NCBI GenBank assembly: GCA_030264375.1
Contig: JASCQW010000162.1
Location: forward strand, 85,217,343-85,281,342
DNA length: 64,000 bases
Reading direction: 5' to 3'
Source: Carcharhinus longimanus
Lineage: Eukaryota
Under the pieces are notes generated by a model that saw only the letters and a list, made by a program, of their open reading frames with translations, did not search any database and was not told the origin of the DNA. The translations under genes and the position numbers were made by a program. This document shows positions 51,001-63,708 of this stretch, piece by piece; positions within the stretch are counted from its first letter, which is position 1; every line of letters begins with the position of its first letter.

Positions 51001-51444
51001 GCAAGTCTGGTAAATAAACAAGTTGCTCATGGAGAGAAACGTGGAACTTTTACAACAATCTACTTCAGCATTTATTGTTCTAAGTAAGTGGATGACTGGA
51101 AGGCCTTGGACATGGAAAAATAAGGTCCATTGATAATGGATCTTTCAAAGGTAATGCTTGTTTGTTAATCGAAGACACTGGACCGTGAACACATGGAATT
51201 AGAAATGTTTCACTATAATGAATTGGTAAAATGAAGTTGTGACGCTCATCTTGATATTTAATTGATTTAGTTATGTTCATCATTTCCATCTGTTAGTAAT
51301 ATTGACTATTCTGAATCCCAAATTGCAAATCATAGTGAACGCATCATACAGCTTACATACAAACTGATCCTCCACAGGAAGGGGAGATCAAATTTATCAT
51401 AATTTCTCAAATTTATCATGATCTAAAGTCCTCAGTGTGTGCAA

Positions 51445-51937
51445 ACATAAGAAATAGGAGCAGGAGTAGGCCATCTAGCCCTTCGAGCTAGATGGCCTAC
51501 TCCTGTTTCTTTACCCAGCGGGTGGTGAGGGATTGGAATGCCCTGCCTGCTGCAGTTGTGGAGGCGCCCAGGTTGGGGGCGTGTACGAGATCCGTGGATC
51601 GGTTTCTGGATGAAANNNNNNNNNNNNNNNNNNNNNNNNNNNNNNNNNNNNNNNNNNNNNNNNNNNNNNNNNNNNNNNNNNNNNNNNNNNNNNNNNNNNN
51701 NNNNNNNNNNNNNNNAGCAAGACCTCCCTACTTTTATATTCTATCCCCCTCGCTATAAAGGCCAACATTCCATTCGCCTTCTTGATCACCTGTTGCACCT
51801 GCAGACTGGGTTTTTGTGACTCGTGCACAAGAACCCCCAGGTCCCTCTGCATCAGAGCATGCTGCAGCTTTTCGCCTTTTAAATAATAATCCTTCCTACT
51901 ATTATTTCTGCCAAAGTGGATAACCTCACATTTGCGA
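51445..51937 (-). mobile_element. Young CR1 LINE, gapped and locally rearranged
   Basis: QRDLGVLVHESQK..QV..VIKKANGMLAFIARGIEYK on the minus strand, a plus-strand piece FFTQRVVRDWNALP, and a 3' tail at 51445. Confidence 0.8.
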
Positions 51938-53190
51938 ACAAGGTAGGCTTATTTTTAAAAAATGCTAATATTGTATTTTAGAATTTCCACAGGTAACCGA
52001 CATCAAAGCATTCATGTCACAGAAAAAGGCTGAATTATCTGGGAATGCGAACGTATACATTTTTGAGCAACATAGTCCACTGATCACTATTTTATACAAT
52101 GACTATAGGATATTAACAAAATTCATGGCAGCTGGTCAAACCAAACTAAGCTTTTCTTTATCAAGAGAGTTTATTGACCTGTGCAGTATCTCAGTTCTCC
52201 TTCCATCCAACCCAGTGTCCTACCTGTTCTCCATTTATAAACAATTATAAAACAAAAATCAATAAATTAAACAAAAATGAAAGGAGGTGATGGCCTCTGG
52301 TGAGACATTGTAACTAAAATCAAAGTGTCAAAGAAAATTTAACATGGAGGTGGGGGGGAAACAGAGATAAGGATGAAGCATCCCAGCCCTCAGTGACCAC
52401 TGGTCATGGAAGAACTGAAGCGCTATGGGCAAACAACACGTATTCCCTTTCCAATGCCACAAGGCACAGACATAGTCACCTCTTCCCTCGTGCCCCTCAA
52501 TTTTGGGTGACTGAGGATCAGGAGCATGGGGCTGAGGTGTAACCAAAGGTCAAGGAGCAGCCCCTTCAACTAACTAGAAAAGGACTGCAACCTCGGACAA
52601 GCTACGTACATGTGGAATTCAGACTCCGCTTGGCCCCAGTGAACACGTGTAGTCCAGCAGCCTGTGAACCACCCTAATCTAAAATTGCATGGGACTGTTG
52701 CATGCAACACACTCCACACCAACTCCCTGATGGAAAAAGGGAGAATTCCCATGTCGAGACTCTTCCATTGAGGATCTCCCCCTCTACCAGATGGTAGAAG
52801 AGAATGCCACGATGTGTCCTGATGGTGGAGGACAGCAAGGAAATGGAAGGTGTGCAACAGCAGGCCATTCAGGAAACTTTTTTGGGCTGAATGGAGAAGC
52901 AGGGAAGGAATTCCCACAAGCCGGCTCGTATTGTGGGATTGCGGCTCCAAAAGGGGCCCCTATTTATATGTGCTCAGAGATTAATATCCATCACCTGTTT
53001 CTCTCAACTGTAACAATGTAGTTAAACACATCAACAAACCAAACAATGCAACAGTGATCTTAGCATAACATAGAAAGCACAGCATTTCCTTCAAATTGTC
53101 GACTTCTATGTTCTAAGCCGGGGGTAGCAGAAGTGACCTGCAAAATGGAAAGCGTTTACATCAGCAATCGTAAAAGTTATCTTTAGATAC

Positions 53191-53356
53191 CTGTTTAAAT
53201 GCTTGAAGAACCTCTTGCCTCTGACTAAAATGTCTAAACAGGAGATGGAGTGCCCCAGATACCAAAGGCGGATAATCGTGCATTGTGAGGTGAAGCAAAA
53301 CTCGGAGAAATGTTCGGCCTCCATGATCATCCAGATCTAACGGAGTGTTTTCATCA
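53191..53356 (-). CDS. ITPR1: ITPR1 coding exon (~exon 27)
   Basis: atgtag|T GAT ... AAA CAG|gtatct; [55 protein letters not shown]; 166 nt, phase 2-0. Confidence 0.97.
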
Positions 53357-53404
53357 CTACATTTCAAGAAAAGTCGAAGGCATAAATGACAGTGATTTCC
53401 AGTG

Positions 53405-53730
53405 AAAGAACTTGAATTACTGTAGTGCCTTTCCCAACCTCAATATCCCACACCAGCACTTTGGAAACAAAGTCACTATTGTAAGATAGAAAGACAGCAC
53501 AACAAATTTCTACAAACAGCAACGTGATCATTTGTGGATAACTCTGTTTCAGTGAAACAAGTCAAGGAATAACTATTAGCCATACATTTGTTTCTTTTTT
53601 ACATAGCGTTGCAGAACCCAACAGCCAAAGTGTATCTTGTTTTAAAGATCTCCAACATCACTCCCCCTAGCACTGGAGTGCCAGCCTAGAATTGTGCGCT
53701 AAAATCCCTGGAGTGGAATAGAATGCACTA
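53405..53730 (-). mobile_element. Degenerate SacSINE-like SINE
   Basis: Colinear by eye with the 59130 copy. Confidence 0.45.
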
Positions 53731-54109
53731 CACAGGGTGTACTCATACTTTTTTTGTATTCATTCGTCAGACATGGGCATCACTGGCTGGCCAGCATTTA
53801 TTATCCATCCCAAGTTGCCTAAGGGCAGTTAAGAGTTAACAACATTGCTCTGGTTCTGGAGTCGCCAGTAGGCCAGACCAGGTAAGGACAGCAGATTTCC
53901 TTCCCTAAAGGACATTCATGAACCAGATGGATTTCTCCAACAATAGACAATGATTTCATCGCCATCAGTAGAGTCTTAAATCCGAATTTTTCTTTTATTG
54001 AATTCAAATCCCACCATCTGCCATGGCAGGAGTTGAACCCATGTCTTCAGAACATTCACTGACCTTCTGGATTAATAGTCTAGCAATAATATGAGTGATC
54101 TAGTGATCC

Positions 54110-55205
54110 CACCTCAATGAATTTCAGACTCGACATGATATTGAACTCTTTTTTCATCGCCTTCGTCTCTGTGCACTTCTTTGGGCAAGATTCCTCCCCC
54201 CGTTCCTTCAACATTCTATTTCCAATTGGACATCCCGGCTGGGATAATTACCTGCCCTCAGTTTTTTCATTGGGAAGTGTTGACGGGACATTAGCCATCT
54301 TAATTTTTCTGCCTCCCTCACCCATTCCAACCTCTCTCCTTCCGAACTTTCTGCTCTTCATTCCCTCAGGTTCAACCCTGACATTCACACCAAACCTACT
54401 GACAAAGGTGGTACTTGTGCCGTCTGGTGCACTGACCTCTACCTTACAAAGGCTGAGCGCCAATTCTCAGATACTTTCTCCTACCTCCCCCTGGACACTG
54501 AGCATCAAGCCATTATCTCCAACACCATCACTGACATCATTTCCTTTGGATGCCTTCCCCCCACAGCTTCCAAATCAGTCTCCCAACCTGGGCAGCCTGC
54601 TTCCACCTGCTTCCCAAAGTCCACAAAAAGGATGTCCTGGTAGGCTCATTGCATCAGCACACTCACGTCCCACTGAACTTATTTTCTCTTACCTTGACTC
54701 CATCTCACTCCTCTGGTCCATTCCCTCCTCACCTACATCTGGGATTTCTCTGATGCCTTGAGTCATTTTGACACTTCCAGTTCACAGGCCCTAACCACAT
54801 CCTATTTACCATTGATGTGCAATCTCACTACACCTCCATCCCACACCAGGGTGACCTGAGAGACCTTCGCTTCTTTCTTGAAAACAGGCCTGAATAATTC
54901 CCATCCATCACCATTCTCCTCTGCCTCTCTCAACAACTTCTCCTTTAATTATCTCACTTTCTCCAAATCAAAGGAGTAACAATGCGTACCCACATGGTCC
55001 TAGCTATGCTTGTCTTTTTATGGGGTATGGGGAAGATTTCTTGTTCCAAGCCTACCTGGGTCCCCTCCCACACTCCTTTAGCGGTACATCGATGACTATT
55101 GTGCTGGCACCGTGCTTTGACAAAGGGTCATCTGGACTCAAAACATCAGCTCTTTTCTCTCCTTACAGATGCTACCAGACCTGCTGAAATTTTCCAGCAT
55201 TTTTT
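54110..55205 (+). mobile_element. Penelope-like retroelement RT remnant
   Basis: Frameshifted motifs KPTDKG, FTIDVQSHYTSIPHQ, QIKGVTM, RYIDDY, then a terminal segment gacaaagggtcatctggactcaaaac...cctgctgaaattttccagca. Related short terminal pieces at ~23795-23950 and ~36335-36455. Confidence 0.8.
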
Positions 55206-55757
55206 CTTTTCGTTAGCCATAATACCCTTAAGACCATCACCTCCCACTGCTCTTCCACCCAATGTTCACATATTATTTCAAGCAATGGTAGCAGCGATGA
55301 CTCCTGCACATCTGGCAATAGCACTCAAGGCTGCAGAATCTTATTAACAGGACATATGGCTGCTCTCTATGTCTTAGTCCACTGTTGTCTCTCAATAAAT
55401 TATCCCTAATCTGTGTCTGCTGACTCGAGTGCCTCTGTTAATAATGGGTTAGACTGTGGGCTGGCAACATTCCTTCAAGCTGGATTCCCCAGATGTTGAG
55501 GCACTCTTCTGCACAGGAATCTTCACAAACACCTCTAGAAGGAGATGCTGGAATCCCAACTCAGCGTAGCTCGAATTACGAATGGAAGGCGGCAGAGTTC
55601 AAGTCCATCTTTACCGCTCATTCTTGTGACTGCTCTGAACTTTGCTGCCAATGATTTAACTCTTTTTTTGGAATGAGCGATGGAAGATAACACTAAACAC
55701 TACATTTATATTTCTATCAGATGCACTTCTAACAAAACATCAGGTGTTAATACTTGC

Positions 55758-55812
55758 CTTCCACCAAAGATTCCTTCTGCCTGTTCTTCAATGTGCTCAA
55801 AATCTAATGTTC
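55758..55812 (-). CDS. ITPR1: ITPR1 coding exon (~exon 26), GC donor
   Basis: ttacag|GA ACA ... GGA AG|gcaagt; GTLDFEHIEEQAEGIFGG(S); 55 nt, phase 1-2. Not in the ORF track. Only the GC donor keeps frame with the next exon. Confidence 0.95.
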
Positions 55813-56374
55813 CTGTAAAATAGAATAAATCCAAGTTGTTCAGAAGTTACTGTAACTGCTGAATATATAGAATTTTATACCATAAACATCAACCCACGTA
55901 CTGTGATTACATGTGAAATTCAATTATTTATTTGCTACCTAGTCCCCAGTAGGTTTCTGCCCATCCCTGGGCTCAACATTTTGAGCATTTTAGAATATTT
56001 ACAATATTTTAAATAATATCCCCAGTTGGAAAGACAAAACCAGCATCTCATAAGAAGGTAGACGTGAGCCACTTTCTGGAGCCACTGCAAACCTGTGCGG
56101 TGAAGCTATTTCCACAACTTTATTAGCTAAGGAGTTGCAGTTTTCAACATATTGTTCTTTGTAGAGGTTTGATAGAGGAATGGCTTGCTAATCATCTTCA
56201 GAAGGCTGTTAAGAGTCAATCACATTGGTGTGAGATGGAAGTAGCATATTGGCCAGTAAAGTAGGCTTGGTAGGTTTCCTTTCCTGAAGGACATTAGTGA
56301 ACTGGTTGGGATTTTTCTTGAGAAGCCAACAGCTTCATCATCATTAATACTGGTTCTATATTTGTCAATTCCAG

Positions 56375-57752
56375 AACCAGCCATGCCCTAGCCCAGCTGT
56401 TCCAGTACAGCTACAACACTGACATCTACGTGACAGTGTGGAGAATTACTTACACAAGTATATCCACAAAAAGTAGGACAAATCAAATCTGGCCAACTAC
56501 CCACATCATTAGACGACTTTGGATCAAAGCGGTGGAAGTGTCATGACAGTACTATCAAGCAGCACTTAGTCATCAATAATGTGCTTGCCGATGCTCAGTT
56601 TTGGTTCCTCCAGGGCCATCCACTTCTAGCCACCATTACAGTCTCGCTCCAAAAATACTGAACTCAAGACAGTGAGGGAGGTGATAGTGACTATTGTTGA
56701 TATCAAGGCAGCATTTGACTGTGTGCGGAATCCAGGATCCTAGTAAAGTGGTGGGAATCAGGCGGAAAGCTCGCCACTGGTTGGAGTCATATCTGGCACA
56801 AAGGAAGATGGTTGTTGTTGGGACATTGCCGCAGGAGTTTCTCAAGAGTAATCTCCTAGGCCTAACAATCTTCAGCTATTCATCAATAAACTACCTTTCC
56901 CATCACAAGATCAGAAGCATGTCCGCTAATGATTGCGCAAGGCTCAGTGCCATTTGCGACTCTTCAGATACAGAAGCAGATCATATTCAAATATAGCAAG
57001 ACCCATGCAATATTCAGGCTTGGCCTAACAAGTGGCAAATAACATTCATGGCACAGAAGATCCCGACAGTGACCATCACTGACAGGAGAGAATTTAACGT
57101 TCTTTCCCTGACATTCATTGCACAGCATCAACATGTTGCAGGTTACCATTGACCAAAAATTAAATTGGACTAGGCATATAAATATCACGGCTACAAGAAC
57201 AGGTCAAAGGCTAGGAATCCGATGGTGAGTAACTCGCATCTTGACTCCCCAAAGCCTGTTCACCACGTACAAGGCACAAACCAGAAATGTAATGAAATAC
57301 TCTTGATTTGACTGGATGAGCGCAGCTCCAACAACAGTCACGAAGATCGATAAGCAGCTCTGCTTCATCAGCACGCCATCCACAACCTTAAACATTCGCT
57401 CTCTCCACAACAGCAGCAGTGTTCACCACCTAAAAGATGCAATGCAGCAACCAAACAATATGCCAACAGCAGTTTGCAAACCCACAATATCCACCAACTA
57501 GAAAGACAAGGGTGGCACGTACACGGGAACACCACCACCTGCAAGTAACACGACATTAAAAATATTCCCCATTTCCTAATGCTTGTTCAGTCAAAATCCT
57601 GAAACACCTTCTGAAAAACATTGTGGATGTATTCACCACACAGGAACTGCAGTGGTTCTAGAAAACAGCTCACCATCACCTTTTCAAGGTTAACTAAAGA
57701 TAGACTATAAATGCTGACTTTACCAATGACATACATCTCACAAATAAATAAA
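56375..57752 (+). mobile_element. Old CR1-clade LINE remnant (same family as 24070); a further very degenerate copy lies at ~57850-58570
   Basis: DIKAAFDCV, HWLESYLAQRKMVVV, WPNKWQ, TIDQKLNW motifs; same 3' end. Confidence 0.8.
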
Positions 57753-58844
57753 AATGAGACTTATTTTATAAGTTTTGAAGCCTATACATTTGAGTGACTA
57801 ACTATGATGCTCATTAATTTAATTACCTTTGCACATAAAACCGCGTGATGCTGATTAATCTAGTACAATGCCAGCATACTTGGGTGCTCTCCAATGAGTG
57901 GCTTATCAAAGGCTCTCCAGCATCACCAATGTGATAGCATACTCACAACTTGCCTGAATGGGTGCCGTTTTATAAGACAAAATACTTTTGAGATCATCCA
58001 GGATAAAATACACTCCTGAACATCACTTTACTCAAGAGTCTAATCATCCACTTCCAATCAATGCAACAAGTCAATAGATTCTTCCAAACCAGTGATATAC
58101 CAACAGCATTACCTCCAGAATCAAACAGAATCCAGGTTCAAAGGCCACTTCTATTATAGATCTGGCTCTTTCCATTGGACAGCATCCTATAAAACTTTAA
58201 GTCAACCAAGATAAACCACATCGTCAAAGAGCCTAAACATCCTTTACCACCAACGCACCACCGCGGCAGCATGTATATGTACAAGATACAGCAATTTGCC
58301 AGGACTTCTTCAAAAGTACCTCTCAAACCAACAACCTCTACCAGCTAGAAGGACAAAGGTAGCAGGTGCATGGGTAAATCATTTCAGAGCTCCCCTACAA
58401 GTCACATGCCAATCCAACATGGACACATCTTGCCACTATCTGATTGTCAAAATCCTGGGATTCCCAGTGGGAGAAGCTTCAGCACATGGACTGCAGCAGT
58501 TCAAAACAATAGTCCACCGCCAACTTCTCAAGGATATCTAAGGATAGGGATGAAATGCTGGTTTTGCCCATCACACACACACACACACACACTAAAACAA
58601 CGAAAACGTTAATGCTGTGGGAATTAGAATAAACCCAATGCTCATTGTCAAACCAAAGAAGACAGCAACATACCATATAGTATAACCAGTTATATTTAGT
58701 CAGTTTGTAGGAAATTGTACACTGAGGCCTTGTGATCTGTTGTGTCCAGCATAAGTTTCAAAATAGTGAGAAATTCAGCATTTTATGGTCTATGGCAGGA
58801 CCAAGATGCGAGATATTTTTATTAATCTCAGTCAGTTGACAAAC

Positions 58845-58995
58845 CTGGAACGTTACTTGCACCATCCTGAGAAGTTGATCCAATGCTGGGTGGGGCATCG
58901 GTTGATTGATGATGTGCATTACTTTCATCAAACTCTCGCTTGAAAATGGACAGAAGGCAAGAGATTCGATAATCCAAACGCACATTCAAAATGAA
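58845..58995 (-). CDS. ITPR1: ITPR1 coding exon (~exon 25)
   Basis: ttccag|TTC ATT ... CCA G|gtttgt; [50 protein letters not shown]; 151 nt, phase 0-1. Confidence 0.95.
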
Positions 58996-59129
58996 CTGGA
59001 AACGAAAAAGGGATAAAGTAATTATTTCAGCAGCAGTGTAGAGCCAATCAGATGAAAGGTATACTCTCACACCTCACAAGGGTGTGCAACCTTTGCTCTT
59101 ATTTTACCTGAGAAAATTACATCTTATGG

Positions 59130-59545
59130 AAAGATTGCATTTATATGGCTCCCTTCATGATGTCCCAAGGCACTTTATGGTTGATTAAATACTTTTGAAA
59201 TTTAGACTGCAGCAATATAGCTGCACACAGCAAGGTCTCAAACCAATAAAATAATTCACAGTTCATTTGTTTTTATGATGTTGTTTGAGAATAGACATTC
59301 TCCAAGATGTCAGGAAGAAATTCCCTGCTCTTCAAAATAGGACCATAGGCTTCTTGGTACCCACGTGAGAAGATGATGGGGCCTCGATTTAGCAATCTAT
59401 AAAAAGACAACAGCTGCAACAGTGCAGCACACCCTCAGTATTGTACTGCTATGTTAATCTGGTTATTGCTCAAGGCTCTAGAATGGAAGTTGAACCCACA
59501 ACCTTCCAATTCTGAGGGGAGAATACTACCAATGAGTCACGGCAG
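59130..59545 (-). mobile_element. SacSINE1/DeuSINE-like SINE
   Basis: ttgcatttatatgg...gtcccaaggcactt...acagtgcagcacaccctcagta...ttgaacccacaacc. Confidence 0.7.
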
Positions 59546-61465
59546 ATAGGGTGACTGAAAACACACACACACACACACAGTCAGCTTGTGCTTTTTAATC
59601 TTAACACACTTGAAAAAACACTGGAGACATTCTGCAGACAGACTTTTCATGACAGAAAATAGAGTCTATTCTGAATGGAATCTTCAGACCTCTTCCAAGT
59701 CTGTGAAATCCCTCTTTGAATGATAAATGATCATCAGCGGTGTATTCTATCATTTGTTTGCGAGTAGTTTGTTAAAATTGATGACAGGTATATTGCGTGC
59801 ATATTAATTCCAGCATAAGAACAGGCTAATATTATAATTTCTGATGGCTAAAGCAGCCCAGTTGAGAAGCCTTCAAGTTGCGAGTGCTAAGTAAGGCACA
59901 AGGTCTCAAGTGTCAGTGCAGCCTGTTGTGCCATTATAACTTATATGTTATAAGGAAGGCACTTAATATGCTCCCTTCAAAATAGAAAACTAGGCACAGA
60001 TTCAAAACTGAGATGCTGATTGGGAGGTAGAATCTGATCTATTAATGTAGGCTATTAGGAGCTTTCTGATTCTGACAGTGGCAAATTAGTTTTGCTGCAC
60101 ATCTTGAAATATTAAATTCAGGCACTTGCTGCAAAAACTGGAAAACAAATCATCACAGTTTTAAAAAGGCCCATGACTACATGATCAAGAATAAGCAATT
60201 TGAACAATTCAGGCTGCCAGATTTGCAACATCACAATGTGCAAGACCTTGCTGGAGTGAGACATCTTGTGGCAGCACAGTTAGTTTGAATTTCTTCCTCA
60301 CTTTTTGTTTGGATGATTTTTTGCATCATAACTTGCTGTGTGAGAATAACAGGACATCTGGGTCCTCAGTGCACAATGGGACCAACAATCTACTTCCTTT
60401 ACCAATGAGATTCAATGAATGAGAAACCAACAAAGGAATTAAACTAAACTCGGGTTCACAAAGAGAAATAAAGAGACAGAAAGAAAGATGAGCGAGAGAG
60501 AGAGAGAGAGGGGGGGGGGGGGGGGGGGGGGGNNNNNNNNNNNNNNNNNNNNNNNNNNNNNNNNNNNNNNNNNNNNNNNNNNNNNNNNNNNNNNCAAATC
60601 CAAAGAATTCTTAAAAATGTGATGCCATCATTGGCACAAACAAGAAAACAATGACATGAATTACTGAGCAAATTCTGGAGATTCACATATCACAGTATAT
60701 TTTATATTTCCCCAGAATTTGCAAATTGGTAACAACATGAATTGGAAACACTCCATTATTTTTCCAGCACGATCTGGTCCAAACACTTTAAAAACATGAT
60801 CATTAAACATATGAAAACCAATGTCAGCAGCAATTTGTGACACTATAATGTTCACAAATGACTGGTCATACACTTTTTACCCATGAAGAATTGTTTTGAC
60901 CCAGATAGCAACGGGCACAGTGCAATTTACTTTGCCTTCAATAGCGTCAAATGAAAAATCTACTCATCTCCGGTTCGAGTATTTACTCTTTGATCAGGTT
61001 GGAAAGTTTTAAGCTGAACCCAAACAGACATTAATTTACGTTGTTAATGTCATGATAAAATGAATTTCATCTACTGATGTTAGACTCAGGATTGGAGTTT
61101 ATAAGTCTCTGTACAACGAATCCCTGCAGCAACAGTAGCACGGTTTCCAGGAGTGACAAGGAGCTGCTTCCCCTCAAAGGAGCAAGGTAAATCAGAGGAC
61201 AAACCCATTCATGGTGCTTGATTGATCCCTGGAAGCCATTATGGACACTGCAAAGTGAGTGGCCCAGGATCAAACGTTACAGCTCCAGTTCGGAATACCA
61301 CAAGTCAAGATTTTTTGGGAGTTGTTTTGTTGGAGAAAGCAGAACCTCAAGCAGCAAGATATTTGACTAGAGGTTCATGAATCACTGAGCAACCTGAAAA
61401 CAACGCCAAGACCTGTGTTTCTGAACCTGCCAACAGTAACATCGACAATCATTTTGATACATTAC

Positions 61466-61653
61466 CTGGAGAATTTCAATTGTTTTTAGTTTTGTGTCCA
61501 TGACCAAAATATCCTCCTTCTCCGGCTCAGCCTGTTGTTTAGTTGTTCCATCCTGTGGTGTGATGGGAGCCAAAGGCAGAAAGCCACCTCCCCTCAAAAC
61601 CACTTGAGTCATTAACTCTCCCACTCCGTGAATTGACCTCATCACATTGCTAC
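61466..61653 (-). CDS. ITPR1: ITPR1 coding exon (~exon 24)
   Basis: ttgcag|GT AGC ... CTC CAG|gtaatg; [27 protein letters not shown]...[21 protein letters not shown]; 188 nt, phase 1-0. Confidence 0.97.
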
Positions 61654-61735
61654 CTGCAATGACAAGGTCGTCAGTCAGTGAGGAAGTGATTTTCACTTTT
61701 TTTTTGTACCACTTTATCCTGCGATTCTTGCTTAC

Positions 61736-61889
61736 CTCTGTTGTCATCCCCTTTAACCAGTTTGCTGATTGGGAAGACCGTTGCCATGTGGACACAATCC
61801 AAAATGGCCAGCAGAATTTTGGTTAACCTTAGTAGGTCACTAAAACTGTAGAAGCCAAAGTAGATCAGGTTTCGAGCCAAATTCACAAC
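61736..61889 (-). CDS. ITPR1: ITPR1 coding exon (~exon 23)
   Basis: caacag|GTT GTG ... AGA G|gtaagc; [51 protein letters not shown]; 154 nt, phase 0-1. Confidence 0.97.
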
Positions 61890-63566
61890 CTGTTGGGTGG
61901 AAACAATCAAATTGTTATCGTCAAATATCTGAATGGCAGTGATACTCAAGAATATCCATACTAGCAAAAGTGTGTTGAATCTTAAATGGCGATATAACAG
62001 GGAATTAAACATCCTCTCACGTATATGGTTTTATAATTTCTCCAACTTACAGATGGCAAAAGTGTGCCACATGCTATTGGTTTTCACTTCTGAAGTACAA
62101 AAGGTGAGGAATGTAAGTGGTCAGAACTCATCATGAGGTAGTATCTTCAGAATTTTTCCCATGTGCCTCACTAGACTAAGAGACCTGACAAACTGAGAAC
62201 AATTACTGGCACATAATTTAAAACAATTTATATTTGTGTAGCATTCTTCATGAGAGAAAGGTGACTTGGAACACTTGTTTCCTTCTTTTCTGCACAGGAA
62301 AAGACATCCAATGGGAGGAAAGCATCAGAAATGGGAACAATGGTTNNNNNNNNNNNNNNNNNNNNNNNNNNNNNNNNNNNNNNNNNNNNNNNNNNNNNNN
62401 NNNNNNNNNNNNNNNNNNNNNNNNNNNNNNNNNNNNNNNNNNNNNNNNNNNNNNNNNNNNNNNNNNNNNNNNNNNNNNNNNNNNNNNNNNNNNNNNNNNN
62501 NNNNNNNNNNNNNNNNNNNNNNNNNNNNNNNNNNNNNNNNNNNNNNNNNNNNNNNNNNNNNNNNNNNNNNNNNNNNNNNNNNNNNNNNNNNNNNNNNNNN
62601 NNNNNNNNNNNNNNNNNNNNNNNNNNNNNNNNNNNNNNNNNNNNNNNNNNNNNNNNNNNNNNNNNNNNNNNNNNNNNNNNNNNNNNNNNNNNNNNNNNNN
62701 NNNNNNNNNNNNNNNNNNNCCCATCATTGTGAACACAACTGAGCGGCTTTCTGAGCCATTTCAGAAAGTGGTTAAGAGTCAACCATATTGCTGAGAGTTG
62801 AGTTACACATAGGTGAGGCATGGTAATGATTGCAATTTCTTTCTCTAAACCAGATGGTTTTTTTAAGACAAACTAATTATTTCCTAGTTACCATTACTGA
62901 TGCCCACTGTTTATCCCAGATTTTACAGCAATTTGTCTAATTAAATTCCCAGTTGCTTTGGTGGGATTTGAATACAAGTCTGCAAATCATTCATCTAGGC
63001 CTCTGGATTATGACCCCATTAACATATCCATTTACTAGGCCTTAATGTGATTAAGGTCCAAAGATCCCCTGATGATCCTGGTGGGGAATAGGAACTCAGC
63101 AGCATGAAGGAGAGGTAAGTGTGTAAATGGGCAATGCTTTAAAAAAAAGTATGGGGCCAGAGTTGGCAATTTGACTGGAGGATGGATTCCACAGGAGAAA
63201 CATGTAGAAACTGGCAGGTGCCAAAATAAATTATTTCAATATTTTCTACATTGAACTGAAAGAGATTCTGACATGTTAGCCAGGCAATAGGCTTGGAATC
63301 AAATGAGATGAAAGAAAGGCATCGTAAGTTACAAAAAACTATTGATTTACATAACTAGTTCTAATTAGTTGGCTCCTTTACAGGATTTGTGCCAAGAGTA
63401 ATAAGCATAAGCAAAATACACCTATAGTCACAAGTGCATTTCTAAGAATTACACAATTTGAACCATTTCACAGCTAGGCAGTGGAAATCAATATTCCAGA
63501 AATACTTGCTTGTCTTTACGCCTCATAATGATGTCAATTAGCTCCTTAAACTATGTCTGGATTTAC

Positions 63567-63708
63567 CTCAAACGTCAGTTTGTTCTTCTCCTTGTCAGAG
63601 AAGGGAAATCGTTGGCAGACAACATCTCGCAAATACTCCTCCACAAACGCCATAGTCTGGGCAAAACGCTCTTTTATTTCATCTCTGGAAGTTCCACTGG
63701 AATCATAA
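63567..63708 (-). CDS. ITPR1: ITPR1 coding exon (~human exon 22)
   Basis: tttag|T TAT GAT ... TTT GAG|gtaaat; [47 protein letters not shown], near-identical to recalled mammalian IP3R1; 142 nt, phase 2-0. Confidence 0.97.

Noticed and set aside
54117-54761. 214-aa plus-strand ORF
   Set aside because: Off-frame reading of a decayed Penelope-like RT; the RT motifs fall in shifting frames.
11527-63708. Alternative identity as ITPR2, ITPR3 or a ryanodine receptor
   Set aside because: [23 protein letters not shown], the SII-type microexon and near-identity to recalled type 1 sequence all point to ITPR1.
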